DNA of 64,000 bases from Paraphysomonas bandaiensis (taxonomy: Eukaryota > Protista > Chrysophyceae): positions 124,001 through 188,000 of the forward strand of contig CBFFRP010000150.1 in assembly GCA_965644295.1 (NCBI GenBank), in the 5' to 3' direction. Shown piece after piece: positions 13,201 to 25,582 of this stretch; position 1 is the first letter of the stretch; every line of letters starts with the position of its first letter. The translations under genes and the position numbers were made by a program. The notes beneath the pieces were generated by a model that saw only the letters and a program-made list of their open reading frames with translations, ran no database searches and was not told where the DNA came from.

Positions 13201-15736
13201 GAAGCATATCGAGCACCGGGTGCCGATTCACGTCGAGGACGTAGTGCGAATGACTGCAGAAACTCCCGGGAATACCGGATATATAGGAAAGGGGGACGCC
13301 CTGAGTACTATGCCAGCCAGGGTGCTGGACCAGGGAAGACCTGGAGGGTTACAGGAGAGTCCTGACCCAACCTGTCAGGAGACAGCTGTGAGGTTGCAGA
13401 CCTCTGAAGACTATGAGTCTGGGGTTGTGAGCGGGGCTCCTCCCACAACGCACGATGTGCGTGCTCAGGATGAGCAAGGTACGGGTTCTTATATACCTCG
13501 TCGACCGATTGAACTAGATGGTGATGGTCGGGTCCGACGCAAACGGCTGCAGCGGAGACTGGCAAACGCGTCAGTTTTAGGAGAGATTAATATGGTTGAA
13601 GTACCGGATGCGCATAATATTGATCTTAACCATGCAGAGACAGAAGATATCAAGATACCAAATTCATATGCCGAGGCAGAGAGATCTCCACAGTATCAAC
13701 AATGGAGAAAAGCTCGAATGGTGGAGAAGACATCATTGCTGAAAAGACGTGTCTTGAAGATCGTGAAAATTCCAAGCGGAGTGAAATTAGTTAGAGCGAA
13801 ATATGTGCATACGGTGAAGCGAGACATACTAGGGAATATAGTAAAGTACAAGGCTCGGCTAGTGGCATTAGGAAATCTCCAAGAGAAGAAGGAGGAGGAG
13901 CCGTCCACTTTCGCTCCAGTGGTTAAGGGTATAACCATTAGACTAGTGTTAGCGATTGCGTTTATGTTACAGATGCATGTGCATCAATTAGATGTATCAT
14001 CCGCATTTTGCTATGCAGATCTGGAGGATGACGTGTATATGGCACCTCCACCAGATGAGGAATTACTAGCTGGATGGTGTTTTCAACTAATCAAGGCATT
14101 GTATGGACTGCGATCTTCACCGCGACAGTGGAATAAACATATTGACAAGTTTATTAAATCATTGCATTTTACTCCGTGTATTTTGGATACGTGTTTGTAT
14201 ATGCGATGGAGTAACGGAAAACTGCATTTATTATTGATATATGTTGATGATATCATAATTGCATCCGCTGATCTGACTTACTTGGAAAGCGTAAAGCGTA
14301 GGTTCTGTGAAACATTCGAGATGCATGATCTGGGAGTGTGTAAGCGATTTCTGAACATCAGGATAACCAGAGGAGAAAATTGGTATATGTTAGATCAATC
14401 TGAGTATGCTAAGAATATTATCAAGAAATTCAGCTCAGTTATGGGAAAGAGTAGTAAGAATAAGGAGGCCCCACTACCTACTAATGTTCAGGATCTGTTG
14501 GCAGAGGAACGTGAACTTACGGAGGAGCAGAAGCAGTGGGTTGACTCATTTCCGTATCGGCAAATTATTGGAGCAGTGTTGTATCTAGCAATGCATACTA
14601 GACCTGATCTGGCTTATGCAGTGGGGTTATTGTCTCGATTTAGTAGTTGTCCGACATATGCATCGTGCAAACTGGCGATTCACTTATTGAAATATTTGCG
14701 TGGAACAATTGATGAGGGCATCAGATTCAGTGGGAGTGAGTTCGACTTACATGTGTTCAGTGATTCAGATTGGGCTGGTGATAGACTGACTCGGCGATCG
14801 ACAACAGGATACATTGTGTTCTTATGTGCAGGCGCATTGGCCTGGCAGTCTAAACTACAGACCACAGTTGCAACTTCGAGCATGGAATCTGAATATATGG
14901 CGGAGTATGCGGCTATGCAAGAACTGGTGTGGCTTCGGGGGTGTTCAAGGAGCTCGGGCTCTTAGTTGCGAAGCCGACTCCATTCTTTATGGATAGCAAG
15001 AGTGCGAAAGATCTCTCCGAGAATCCTGTGTATCATAAGAGGTCGAAGCATATAGACATCAAGTATCACTGGGTGAGAGAGCATGTAAATGGAAAATTTC
15101 CTACGGCAAAGTTGATTCATGTGTCGACGGATGATATGGCGGCTGATATTTTCACGAAGGCATTGTCAACGAAACTTTTCAGTCGTCATGAGAAAACTAT
15201 TACCGGGGTTAAGAGAAGTGTGTCAACCAGAGTTGAGGAGCAGCAGAAGAAGCGACCCCGAAGAGGTTAAAGGTGTGTTTTAGTGGGTGAGAATCCCACA
15301 TAACTATATATCTAGTTGACTGCTAGTTATATATGTATCTTGATAAGATTTCACATCTATTTTACCTATGAGACTAGTTTATAGCATGAAGATCACTGTA
15401 CTCATTGTTGTTTCGTATCACTGCATTCTACATTGAGTGGGAGTATTAGAATATGGACTGTATCCTAGTATATTCAATGTGGTACTTGAAGACAATGTAC
15501 GAGAATACAGTGAAGTATGGTGATGTGTAGATGCTGTTATGATATTGAGAAAACTGAAATAGTTTGCTCTTTCAAGATATGTTTAGTAGCGAAAGGTCTA
15601 CAGAAGTAGTGATTTATGCATGGCACAAAACGAGCTTGTGTTGTTTAACACAATTCGTGTAAACGATATTAATAAATCTATCTAGTCTAACAACTTAATC
15701 TCTCTTTGATCTAAGTAAAATGAGCATTTCCCAACA
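10283..15736 (+). mobile_element. Full-length young Ty1/Copia LTR retrotransposon (Copia-1)
   Basis: 293-bp apparently identical LTRs at 10283-10575 and 15444-15736; 5-bp TSD GTTAC; PBS tggtagcgagcg at 10576; PPT gagtgggag before the 3' LTR. Confidence 0.97.
10559..15270 (+). CDS. Copia gag-pol polyprotein (gag, CCHC, PR, INT, RT, RNase H) with one frameshift near 14940
   Basis: CRNCKSKEHLAIDC knuckle, YIDTCCS protease, HHCC+DDE integrase, YVDD RT, SDSDWAG and RSKHID RNase H motifs. Confidence 0.95.
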
Positions 15737-16011
15737 GTTACGGGTAGTGGTCTAACTAGTATGACTAGCATTCTTCTAGCCACTAATTGCTGCAAGGTCT
15801 CAACGCCTATTGCTAAATAATCAGACATTCACTACTATATTCGTGTATATTTTACTTAGAGAATTACTTGTAATTCTACAATATTATTATAATAAGATAT
15901 TACCACTTTTCGCTTACACTTTTTCAATTTTAACTTGTAGTAAGTATGTAAGTATTCAAAGCATTGCGTCATGTACTACATTACACCTATATATTGAATG
16001 TCTTTTTATAT

Positions 16012-16234
16012 AGCAATAGGCGTTAAAAACTCGTTCCGATATAGTGGCTAGTTGAATGCTAGATCTACTAGTTAGACCTCTACCCATAACTATTCAGCAC
16101 AAATCCTATTATCCTACTATTTAACGCTACAGAAGCTGCTTGTGCGTCGCCGCAAGCACCAAGGTGCAACCACTTCCGTTCTTGATGTTGTGTGTGAGTT
16201 CGCCCTGCTCGTGTGTCTGAGGACTCACTGGCGC
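16012..16234 (+). repeat. Repeat B, intact copy
   Basis: gcaataggcgtt...gcaccaaggtgcaaccacttccgttc...gactcactggcgc; inverted relative to the Copia-split copy. Confidence 0.8.
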
Positions 16235-17023
16235 GTGTTGGTTACACCTTCCCAGATTGGTTATGTGATCTAAACGTATAATATTTACGTATACCAATGC
16301 TATAGGACTATTTCATCTCATGTCATAGAGTACACCATAACCTCCAACCATAATGAAAACTGAATGAAAACTCAAAAATAACACGATACTCATACATAAA
16401 ATTCCTCAACAAATGTTCGGAGAAATAATAAGCACCGGTGATACTTCTCCGGGATACTAACGTGAGCCGCATATATATAGTCAGCGGATATTGTTCTGCC
16501 CACTCATAGCAGGATGATTGTGTGGTAAAAGTGATACCAATAAGTGTTACTTGTGTAGACGTCTTTGAGCCATGACGAATAAACAGGCATCAGAAAATGG
16601 GCCCAACTCAAGGGCATCCGGATATATTCATTTGCCAGATAGGATATAGTCTCACAGGTATGGTGATGGAGTGTGTGTGTGAAAAAGGAAAGTATAGTAA
16701 TGTTATACCGATAGATACATATCGTATGAACTATGAGTGTAAGTGTGACACATTAATGAATGTATTGAAGATTTATGATGATAATCTATATAATGGAGGG
16801 GGATATTCTTGATTGATTTACTCACTGAGGTAATAATTCCATTAAATCTTATGGGTAGTGTGTATGGATATACAGGCTCTGGTTATAGCTACCCCACTGC
16901 TGCATATCTGTAAAGACTTAGGGAATGTACCATTAAAAACATGGTTTTCCAAAGTCTTAATGCTGCGTTCCTTCTCCTTGAGGGAGGTGTATACCTTTAT
17001 GTATATAGGTATGTAGACGTTAA

Positions 17024-17342
17024 ACGAGCAGTTAAAAGTCTGATCATCTGCAAGATAGATTCCAAGCCCTGTTTCTGGAAATGGAGTCGACCTTGATTAA
17101 AGGTCTTCTCCAGGGTAAGGATTTGCGCAGCAGCATAAGAATGTTCCCTTAAAATCTGAGTAACATTCAGTTTAGCATTGATCTGTAAAGACTTAGGTAG
17201 TGTTCCTCAGGTTTTGAGGAAACATTCTGATGCTGCTGCGCAAATCCTTGCCCTGGAGGAGACTTTTAACCAAGGTCGACTCCATTTCCAGAAACAGGGC
17301 TTGGAATCCATCCTGCATATGAACAGACTTTTGACTGCTCGT
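17024..17342. repeat. Long imperfect inverted repeat (arms about 17024-17165 and 17201-17342)
   Basis: acgagcagttaaaagtctg...ctgagtaaca is the reverse complement of tgttcctcagg...gacttttgactgctcgt, with scattered substitutions. Confidence 0.9.
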
Positions 17343-17856
17343 CTCTTCTGAAGCAAATAGATGAAGATGCGCTAGCTCTGATCATTCGCTTGTATGACTT
17401 TTTCCTAGGCGAGTCAGACCCTGTGTCTACTTCCCATTATTCTAGGGAAGAAACCCTTGGTTCTGGAGCTGCATGTCCATGTGTAAGGGTATGTTGTCGA
17501 TACCTTAGCGCATGGATATCGCGCCTTCAGAAGGCTCTTCAGGAGAACGCTGAGTCTCTTGCCAGTGATCAACTGAAGAAAGAACGGGTCACAGCTGCGA
17601 GAACAGTAGCTGAAGAGATCATCCAAGAAGATAACAATCATACTATGGATAGAGATGATGAGGCACTGCAGTTATGTGGACGGTTATGTACATCAAAACT
17701 AAAGAAAAAAACAGGTTTTTGTTGGAAACCCCCAGTTTTGTTTTGGCAATCAAATAGTTTTTGAGAAATCCCTGTGTACTGTATACCATACATACTGTAC
17801 GCTACAGTGTGATACCGAAGAGAAAAAATGTACGGATCACTCCACCGTCGTCAGTA

Positions 17857-20400
17857 GGAAGTCGGTGCACGATTGCCGCCGCTTTTTTGGTCATTTTCAG
17901 ATGTCCATTATTCGACACACAGATCATCAATTGAAATACAAATTATATCAGAATGTCAAGCATACTCTCGACTTTGTGTCACTATAATCGACTTTGTGCT
18001 CTCATGAACTCATTGTTGTGTTATTTAAGTTTCAAATGAGTGCCTTAAGCGTTTTTTGACAGTTTTTTTTTTTGGAGCTCACGACCGCCTGACTTCCAAC
18101 ACATCGACATCAAAATCATTGTTTGGCTGAATATGTCTGCGCACACTGCATTGTTAATGGAGGAATAATACCGTTAGACTAATTCAGAGGTACTGGACTC
18201 GAATCTGTCGTCAGATTCTTATATTTCGTTGAGTATCAATAGTTATAGCATGAGGTATCACTCAACTCACATTTGTACATTACCTGCAATATTGACACAA
18301 CCTGGCCATATTGGGCTGTATTGACAACAGTCTAGGTCGTTTATACAGTATGCATTGTCAAACGGTAATCTACGATATCAGCGTTAATGAATAATGTCCA
18401 CTTCTTGTGTCTCTAATTCACTTTTCACAGTTTGGGGACCCGGACCAATCAGTGTGATGTCAATGAGAAAAGTTTAAACACAAGTAGTAAACTTCACGTT
18501 TAGAATGGGATGAGGAATTTGATGCCACCTAGGCATTAACTCATTCCTCTATTTTCAATATTTCCAGAACGTTGTGGAGGCTCATTTAGAAGAACTTATC
18601 AGTGTCGAAGAATTTAGCTATCGTTCTTCAATAATGAACCAGCAGTGAACCTTATGTGCTAAGCATTCTACCAGAAACATAACAGACTTAAGAAGTTTGG
18701 GTTACTAAGTGTTGTGAGTGCATGATATGGTGCAACGGTGCAACCAAGATGAGTGTTAAAAGTTAAAAGGTGTGTCACTGGGTGGGTATCTTTACGAGGG
18801 TAAAGATATGCATACTTTTTGCGACTTTTCTCTATCAATAGTGGACCATATTTGTGCTTAGCTATTTAAGTATGATAGATTATGCAATTGGCAGGACCAA
18901 TTATCAATTAACCACGACCATAATTCTAATACATAGGACTTCAGTCATGTGCCTAAGTAGCTGATTTGGTGATACCTAGCTAGTTATATATTGATTGCTA
19001 TAAAGTAATTATTTAATATAATCGAAAATTCGAATGACAGGCTTTGGTAATAAATCTATAACAGCTCAACGTGAAGGCAATAACAAATGGAAAATGTGTG
19101 ATAGAAAATGAAATGAACACATTAATAGAGAGTAGAATAACAAAATAGATGGTTGTCTCGGGGATTGTTGTAGTGAGCGGACATTGGTTCTTCTAGTATT
19201 GCCACATACCACTCGTTTGTGGTAGTATTGATCCCTGGTGCCACCTCTGCTGACGGTGTTGGCATATGGTCACCAGCTCGTTCAGCGGGGGGCCTGCAGC
19301 TACTTTACTTCTACTTGCTTTGTTACCCGTTCTCCCTGCCCATCTGGAGTCCAACTGCAAACTTCTTATTCTGCTGCTCTTATTGTCGCACTCGTTCAAC
19401 CGGGTTATATAGAGCACACAGTGCCCGTGTGTCAGTCCTACCAGCAATAGTGTCCTCCAGCTGTCTTCGGTTGGTGGGTCGGCGCAGAATGCCTTCAAAC
19501 CGAAGTGTTGTCAAACCCCACACTAGTGAAATGGAGAAGTTCAAAAGAAGTTCATAAGGTAGCTCGCTGAAGTTCATTGTTGCATGAACTACCTTTTGAA
19601 CTTTCACAGTCCACACTTTTTTATGAACTGCCTTTTGAACTACCTTATGAACTACCTTTTCAGCTTCCTGATTTCACTAGTGCCAGGCGAGTACGGAGAG
19701 TAGACTTATCATCGCGCTGGGTGCGCAGAAACACACTATAAACTTTGCAGATGCTTTCTAGGGTTGATGAGGTGCTACTCCCTTAAGCAAGGGGGACTGA
19801 TATACACCCATAAAACGCATGCATTTATTAAGATTAATATACGCACTTTACATTCTTCAATTGTGTACTTTCGATGCACAGTGGGACGTTCCACTTAAGG
19901 ACACCAACCTATAGCTTCAACAAGAGCCCTCTCTCTGGCCATGGACGGCATTGTGGGCCTTCCATTGTCAGTGCTGTCCAGCACAGTCAAGTGCTTCAAC
20001 ACCGTATTTATAGCCCGTTTCTGGTGTACGCATGCTGGCAGGGTGCTGCTAGAGACAGCTTCAAGTACTTCTCCAGTAATTAGAGTGTGGCTCTAAGGAT
20101 TCAGTCGCATTCCGCTGTTTGCAGTATTATTCGTAGATTTCTGATTGGATTGCTTTAGCATTCTCTAACTAATGCAAACTACCATGAAATTTCAAATAGA
20201 AGACATCATGTAGTCAATAGCAATCAGTTTAACGTATGTGTATAGTTTCATATGATAGAGATGCTTATGGCGGGAGCTGAGAGCAGATCAAACTCCTTAA
20301 AACAAAAAAAATGAACTATTTTGAGGTGACTTCAGTTCGAAAAGCGGCGGTAATCGTGAGCTCAAAAAAATAAAGCGGCGGCAATCGTGTACCGACTTCC
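17857..20400. mobile_element. 2.5-kb non-autonomous TIR DNA transposon inserted in the Copia-2 LTR
   Basis: TIR ggaagtcggtgcacgattgccgccgcttt / aaagcggcggcaatcgtgtaccgacttcc; TA on both sides; uninterrupted site visible in the other LTR near 25045. Confidence 0.88.
19521..19682. mobile_element. 162-bp CACTA (EnSpm)-type MITE
   Basis: TIR cactagtgaaat / atttcactagtg; 3-bp TSD CCA; subterminal tgaactacctt repeats in both orientations. Confidence 0.9.
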
Positions 20401-20535
20401 TACTACAGGCTGGCAATGCAATGACACGGATCCAATACTCCCGTTGTTCTTTATCGGTCTACACGGGCTCCCCTACAGTCATAATACTGTTCTCGTGTAC
20501 TCATGCACATTTCGGTGTACATTCTAGACCGTATC

Positions 20536-23500
20536 CTACAGAGCTACAAATGTACTAAACTGAAAAATACAACCATCAGGGGAACAAAAATAACGACACA
20601 CATTAACTCTCCTTGTCACTCGCACTTCCTCGTACCAACGTATCACTTCTGTGGCATGTGTATTGTCTCCTACAATACCACATGACATATACCTGTACAG
20701 AGTACCTTGAAGGGGCTTTGTCAATGCATCTGCAAGCATCATCTTCGTCGGTAAGTGCTGCAAACGAATATTTCCTGTCTTGTAATTCTCTCTGATGATC
20801 TCGCGCCTCACAAGTAGATATTTCGATCGATACTTGCCACCACCTTTCATCACAAGCGATAAAGTTGACGTGTTGTCTTGAAGTACCACAGGTGCGCCGA
20901 TATCGTATCCTTGTCCCTTGATGAAATCTGCACACTGTATCACCTGCATCATCATATCTGACAGTCCCACCAATTCAGATTCTGTCGAGTCTTTCGTGAC
21001 CATCCTTTGCTTCGAGGATTTGCACAGAACTGTCGCGCCACCTACCTTAACCACGAGTCCCGTATGTCCTTTGCCATCCTCATGACATGCGAACGCTGAA
21101 TCGATGTATCCAGTGACAGCCAGCTCCTTCCCCACGCATAATACCAAGTTCTGTTCCTTAGTCGCATTGAGGTAGCGGGCTACTCTGTGAAGCTTTTCCA
21201 TATCTGCCTGTGTAGGACTCTTCACTTTTGTACTCAGGTAAGCGATTGCAAGCAATATATCCGGTCTCACTCTCTTAGCCAGGTATAATAATTGTGCCAC
21301 CATCTTATGGAACTTTCTCCTCTCATTCTTGCTGATCAATCTAGTCGTAGTGTTCTTAAATAACGCACCAGTAGCTGGTGATGCAGCATTCCCTGTTACA
21401 CCGTGTTCCTGTAGAAAATTCTCTATGTATGACTTCATAGACACCGTCATCTCGCCGTTCTCTGCTATTTTTATATGCATGCCTAGGTAGGATAGATTTT
21501 TGTCATCGCTATACTTTACTTCCACAAAACGCTCCCTGAGCTCTTGTACAAGCTTCTTGGTATCTTCCTCCGTGTGTGACATAACCAGTAGGTCGTCGAC
21601 AAACACTACCACTGTGCATGTGTGTCCATCAACCACTCGGTTCATTACACATGGGTCTACCTCATTATGTTTGAACCCAATCGATCGCAGAACCCGGTTA
21701 TAGTGTCATACCACAATCTCGCACTCTGTATGCATCCATATAATGCCTTGTCTAGTCGTACATACAACTTGCCGCTCTCGTCCACGTAGGGCTTAACTTC
21801 CGGCGCTACCTTAGATATGGCTCTAGCTCCATGATGACTTCCTCTCCTGTCATCTCCGCATTTAAATACGCGCCTCCAATGGCCACCGTTGCTATATGCC
21901 GCTTCTCCTTGGCAGCAATTGCTAAGCACATCATAATCGATTGCATCGCCGCTGTTGGCGACGATGTGTCTGTATACAGCTTCCTGTCTTGCTGTGCCCC
22001 ATTCGCCACTAGTCGAGCTTTTACTTTCTCAAAGCGACCCATGCCATCGTACTTTGTCTTGAGGAACATTAGCGATCGGATTGTCTTCTTCAATTGCTTC
22101 TTTGACAACTGCTTCTTCTGTACCGGACTCATAGCCTACTTCTCATGCAATAGTTGCTTTAGCTCTGCAACAATGGCTTTATATGCTGTAGGTCCATACT
22201 CCTGCAATCCTTTCATAACACTTGTATGGTAGGCTCTATACTCCACCGGCTTAGACGACTGGATTCCAGAATCATCCCTCACTTGCTCTCCACGATCCTC
22301 ACCGATGCTATTGTTTACCGGCACGTTACGCTCACCGTCGTCACCAACAAGTTGTGGGACATCTTCATCTTCATTCTCTGCTGAGTCGACTACATCTTTA
22401 TGACTCGTTCGCGACTCCAGTTGTCGTTCGCCCTTCGCTGATTCTTCCTAGTAAGTCGAGTTATGATCCTCTTCATTCGACTCATGTCTCTCTTGCAGGT
22501 TCATCTTATCCTCCTCTCTATCCAGCCCATCTTTCGCATCAGTCTTCTGTAGCAATGGTGTCATATCGTCTCTTCCACTGCTATTATCACACGTCTTTGC
22601 TACACTGTTCATTGCGTCTATTATGAGCTGTGTTGTTCGCATCTTTACCCAGTTAGTTCTTCTAATTCTCTTCTGAGTCTTGATATTAAGGAATATCCAG
22701 CTACCGTTAGCATTGCCAGTAGGATACAATGCTATGCATGGCTCCGTACGATCCTGCTCGGCATTATTACTCCTCACCTTAGGATTGTAGCACTCAACGT
22801 AGTCTCCGAATGCCATATCTAGTTCCTTTTTGTAGTTCGGCTTTCTCCCAGTGAAAGCTACTCGTGGAGCGACGATGGAATGACTTGTCGATGGTCTTCT
22901 CAGATTCATGCGACTGTTCACATATTTCACTAAGTCTTCCACGTTCGCATTAGGCAATTTCCACGAGTAGCTTTCACTGGGAGAAAGCCGAACTACAAAA
23001 AGGAACTAGATATGGCATTCGGAGACTACGTTGAGTGCTACAATCCTAAGGTGAGGAGTAATAATGTTGAGCAGGATCGTACGGAGCCATGCATAGCATT
23101 GTATCCTATCCATATGATCTCCAGCACCGCTGATGTCTATCTCCACCCCTGTAATCTTTCCTCGAAGTGGTTGAAATCCCGGCTGTGGATCCAGGTATGC
23201 TATCTTCGGTGTAAATCCATGGCTGCGCAATAGACTCACTTGCTCTTGCAGAGCTAGTCCAAGATCGTCTGTTCTCTCACTCTGTAGTGCCGCCACCAAA
23301 GTTAGTCCAAGAGGCTCCGACAATGTGATCATGAAGGGTTGCTTCCTCACATTGAATAAGTCCGTATATAACCGCTGACTCTTTTGCTGCGACGCCTTCA
23401 ATTCAATATCCACGTGCTGTCTGCGTACCTTCTTTTTGGCGTGTTTTCCTCTGATAGCCTTACACGGTTTACCATATATATCGAACGACCTTCTGATATC

Positions 23501-24950
23501 ATTTGCAGTCAGCTGCACCCCTGTGATGTTGCCGTCACTCACGAGGTTTATCGCGTCTTGTTCTGAGTCAAAACCAGAATTGCATATTAGTTCCCGAGCT
23601 TCTCTTGCCCTAGCAACTTCGCCTCTTGTGTATTTTTGTTCTTCCATGCTTGTTGTTATAACATTAACATTGCCTTCGGTCCAGTCTCTCATATCAGCTA
23701 CATACATCTTGTTCCGCCTTCTGAACACTAGTTCTTTGTTTTGTAGATACACAGTGTACGATACACCCGGTTCATAAGCCACTGGATACATATCTTTCAC
23801 GTCGGCCTGGCATAATACACTCACACGTAGGTCTTCAGCCGTCTTACACGTGAAGAAATGATCCAGCTCTCCCACGTTAGGTAGTTCTACGGCGTGTCCA
23901 GATAGACCGGCTACCGTGCACTTTCTGCTTGCTGGCCTCACGTCCTTCAGCAACCACGGGTGTACAACTGATACGTCCGCCTGGTTGTCTAGAAGCACCT
24001 CGTACCACTCAAAACGCTCACCGCTCGATGCAAATGCGTTCATTGTTGTGACCGAGCACTGTTTTTCCTCCGGCTCGACATTATCGGGACAATCACTCAG
24101 TTTGTGTCCGGGCTCTCCACAACCCCAGCACACCATGGGTTTCCTCGGCCTATTACCGCGACGTCTCGGCTCCTGGTCATCATTGGCCTTCTGTATTCTG
24201 TCCATTTCACTCGCACGCCTTTGCTTGGTGGATTGTTCCTTCTGGCTGACAAATGCTACTCCACCATTGGATTTTGCTCCTCTCCTCGGGGTCAGATACT
24301 TCGATGCTTTAGTGCTCAGGTGGCTTCTGCGTGCCCATCATCAGATCATTTAGATAATTTGTCTTGAATTCCCCATAACGGGCATCATCCAATCCCCTAA
24401 AGAAATCCATGGCTATGTCCTAATCATCCATTCTCGGATTCTCGGCGTCATTGTACGCATCTAGTAGGAAATCGAATCTCTCTTTGTAGCCCACTATGCT
24501 CTCGAAGGGACATTGTTTTGCGTCTTGATATATCTTCCTAGTCTCTGCACGGACGACCGCTTCGACATTTGAGCTCGTTGCTGACTTATGAGTCTCCTTT
24601 ACAGCCAACCACAGCAGCAGGGGGTCCTTGGTCGAGTTGATTTTGTCGTATTCAGGTGTGAGCTTTATTGCGTCAATTGATTCATTGCTCAGATGATTGT
24701 AGATGAATGCATACAAAGTAGTCCGATTCGCCTTCATTTCATTAATCAATTTCGCCCTTGCCTTCCTGGCATCCTTCATATCTTCAGCGTTAAATCCGTG
24801 GGGGTCCAGTTCGATTAGCCTTGCCAGGTCTCCATATCTCTCCATTCCCTCGGCCACTAGCTTCTGCTTGAACGTCGCCAGTTGGTATTGGCACCATATC
24901 TCAGTGTTGGCACAGATGTGGATGCACTGTTGCTCGCCGAACCCCTAACC
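20536..24950 (-). pseudogene. Copia-2 gag-pol, broken by frameshifts, stops and an inversion
   Basis: CWGCGEPGHKLSDC knuckle, LLDNQADV protease, KARLVANG, LYGCIQSARLWY, VFVDDLL, RNase H IDSAF...STESEL...ADALTKPL across several ORFs. Confidence 0.92.
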
Positions 24951-25582
24951 CTTTGTTCAAATCGCTTTTGAAACTTCTTGTTGGATCTCATTCTAATTTC
25001 TTGTCACGAAGAGAAAAAATGTACGGATCACTCTACCGTCGTCAGTACCATACAGGCTGGAAATGACACGGATCCAATACTCCCGTTGTTCTTTATCGGT
25101 CTACACAGGCTCCCCTACAGTCATAATACTGTTCTCGTGTACTGATGCACATTTCGGTGTACATTCTAGACCGTATCCTACAGAGCTACAAATGTACTAA
25201 ACTGAAAAATACTCGTGCCAACGTATCACTTTGCTCTTCGGATACTATATTTCAAATTCAACTTTTGAATCTCTCTCTCTACTGTGATTGTATACATACA
25301 CAGTAGTACAGAGCATAGAGGTATATATGTATGTATATGTACAAAGCTATACTACTACAGCAGTCTATGTACTGCTGTACATACTGTATGTATGTATGTA
25401 GTGTATGTATGTATGGATATCGCCATAACTTAACAGGCAGATAATCATAACTATACACAGCCATCATAACTCACCCTTATAGTCATACCTAGATATTAAA
25501 CGATCAATACAGAGATAATCTCATCATTCATAACTCATATTACATACTCATATAAGGACATACATACGTACATACATACATA

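Larger units (their letters stand above)
17816..25240 (-). mobile_element. Degenerate Ty1/Copia LTR retrotransposon (Copia-2) with CGAAGAG...CTCTTCG termini
   Basis: LTR at 25007-25240; second LTR at 17816-17856 plus 20401-~20650, split by an insertion; 5-bp TSD GATAC at 17811-17815 and 25241-25245. Confidence 0.9.

Noticed and set aside
14929-14965. Programmed ribosomal frameshift
   Set aside because: Lies within RNase H in a G run with no canonical slippery heptamer; an indel is more likely
23012-23233. Separate plus-strand gene
   Set aside because: Product of the inverted duplication of Copia-2 pol sequence
17813-25243. Alternative reading as a DNA transposon with CCGAAGAG TIR and 3-bp ATA TSD
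   Set aside because: The internal LTR copy starts at CGAAGAG preceded by A, the contents are Copia, and the 5-bp GATAC TSD fits Copia integration
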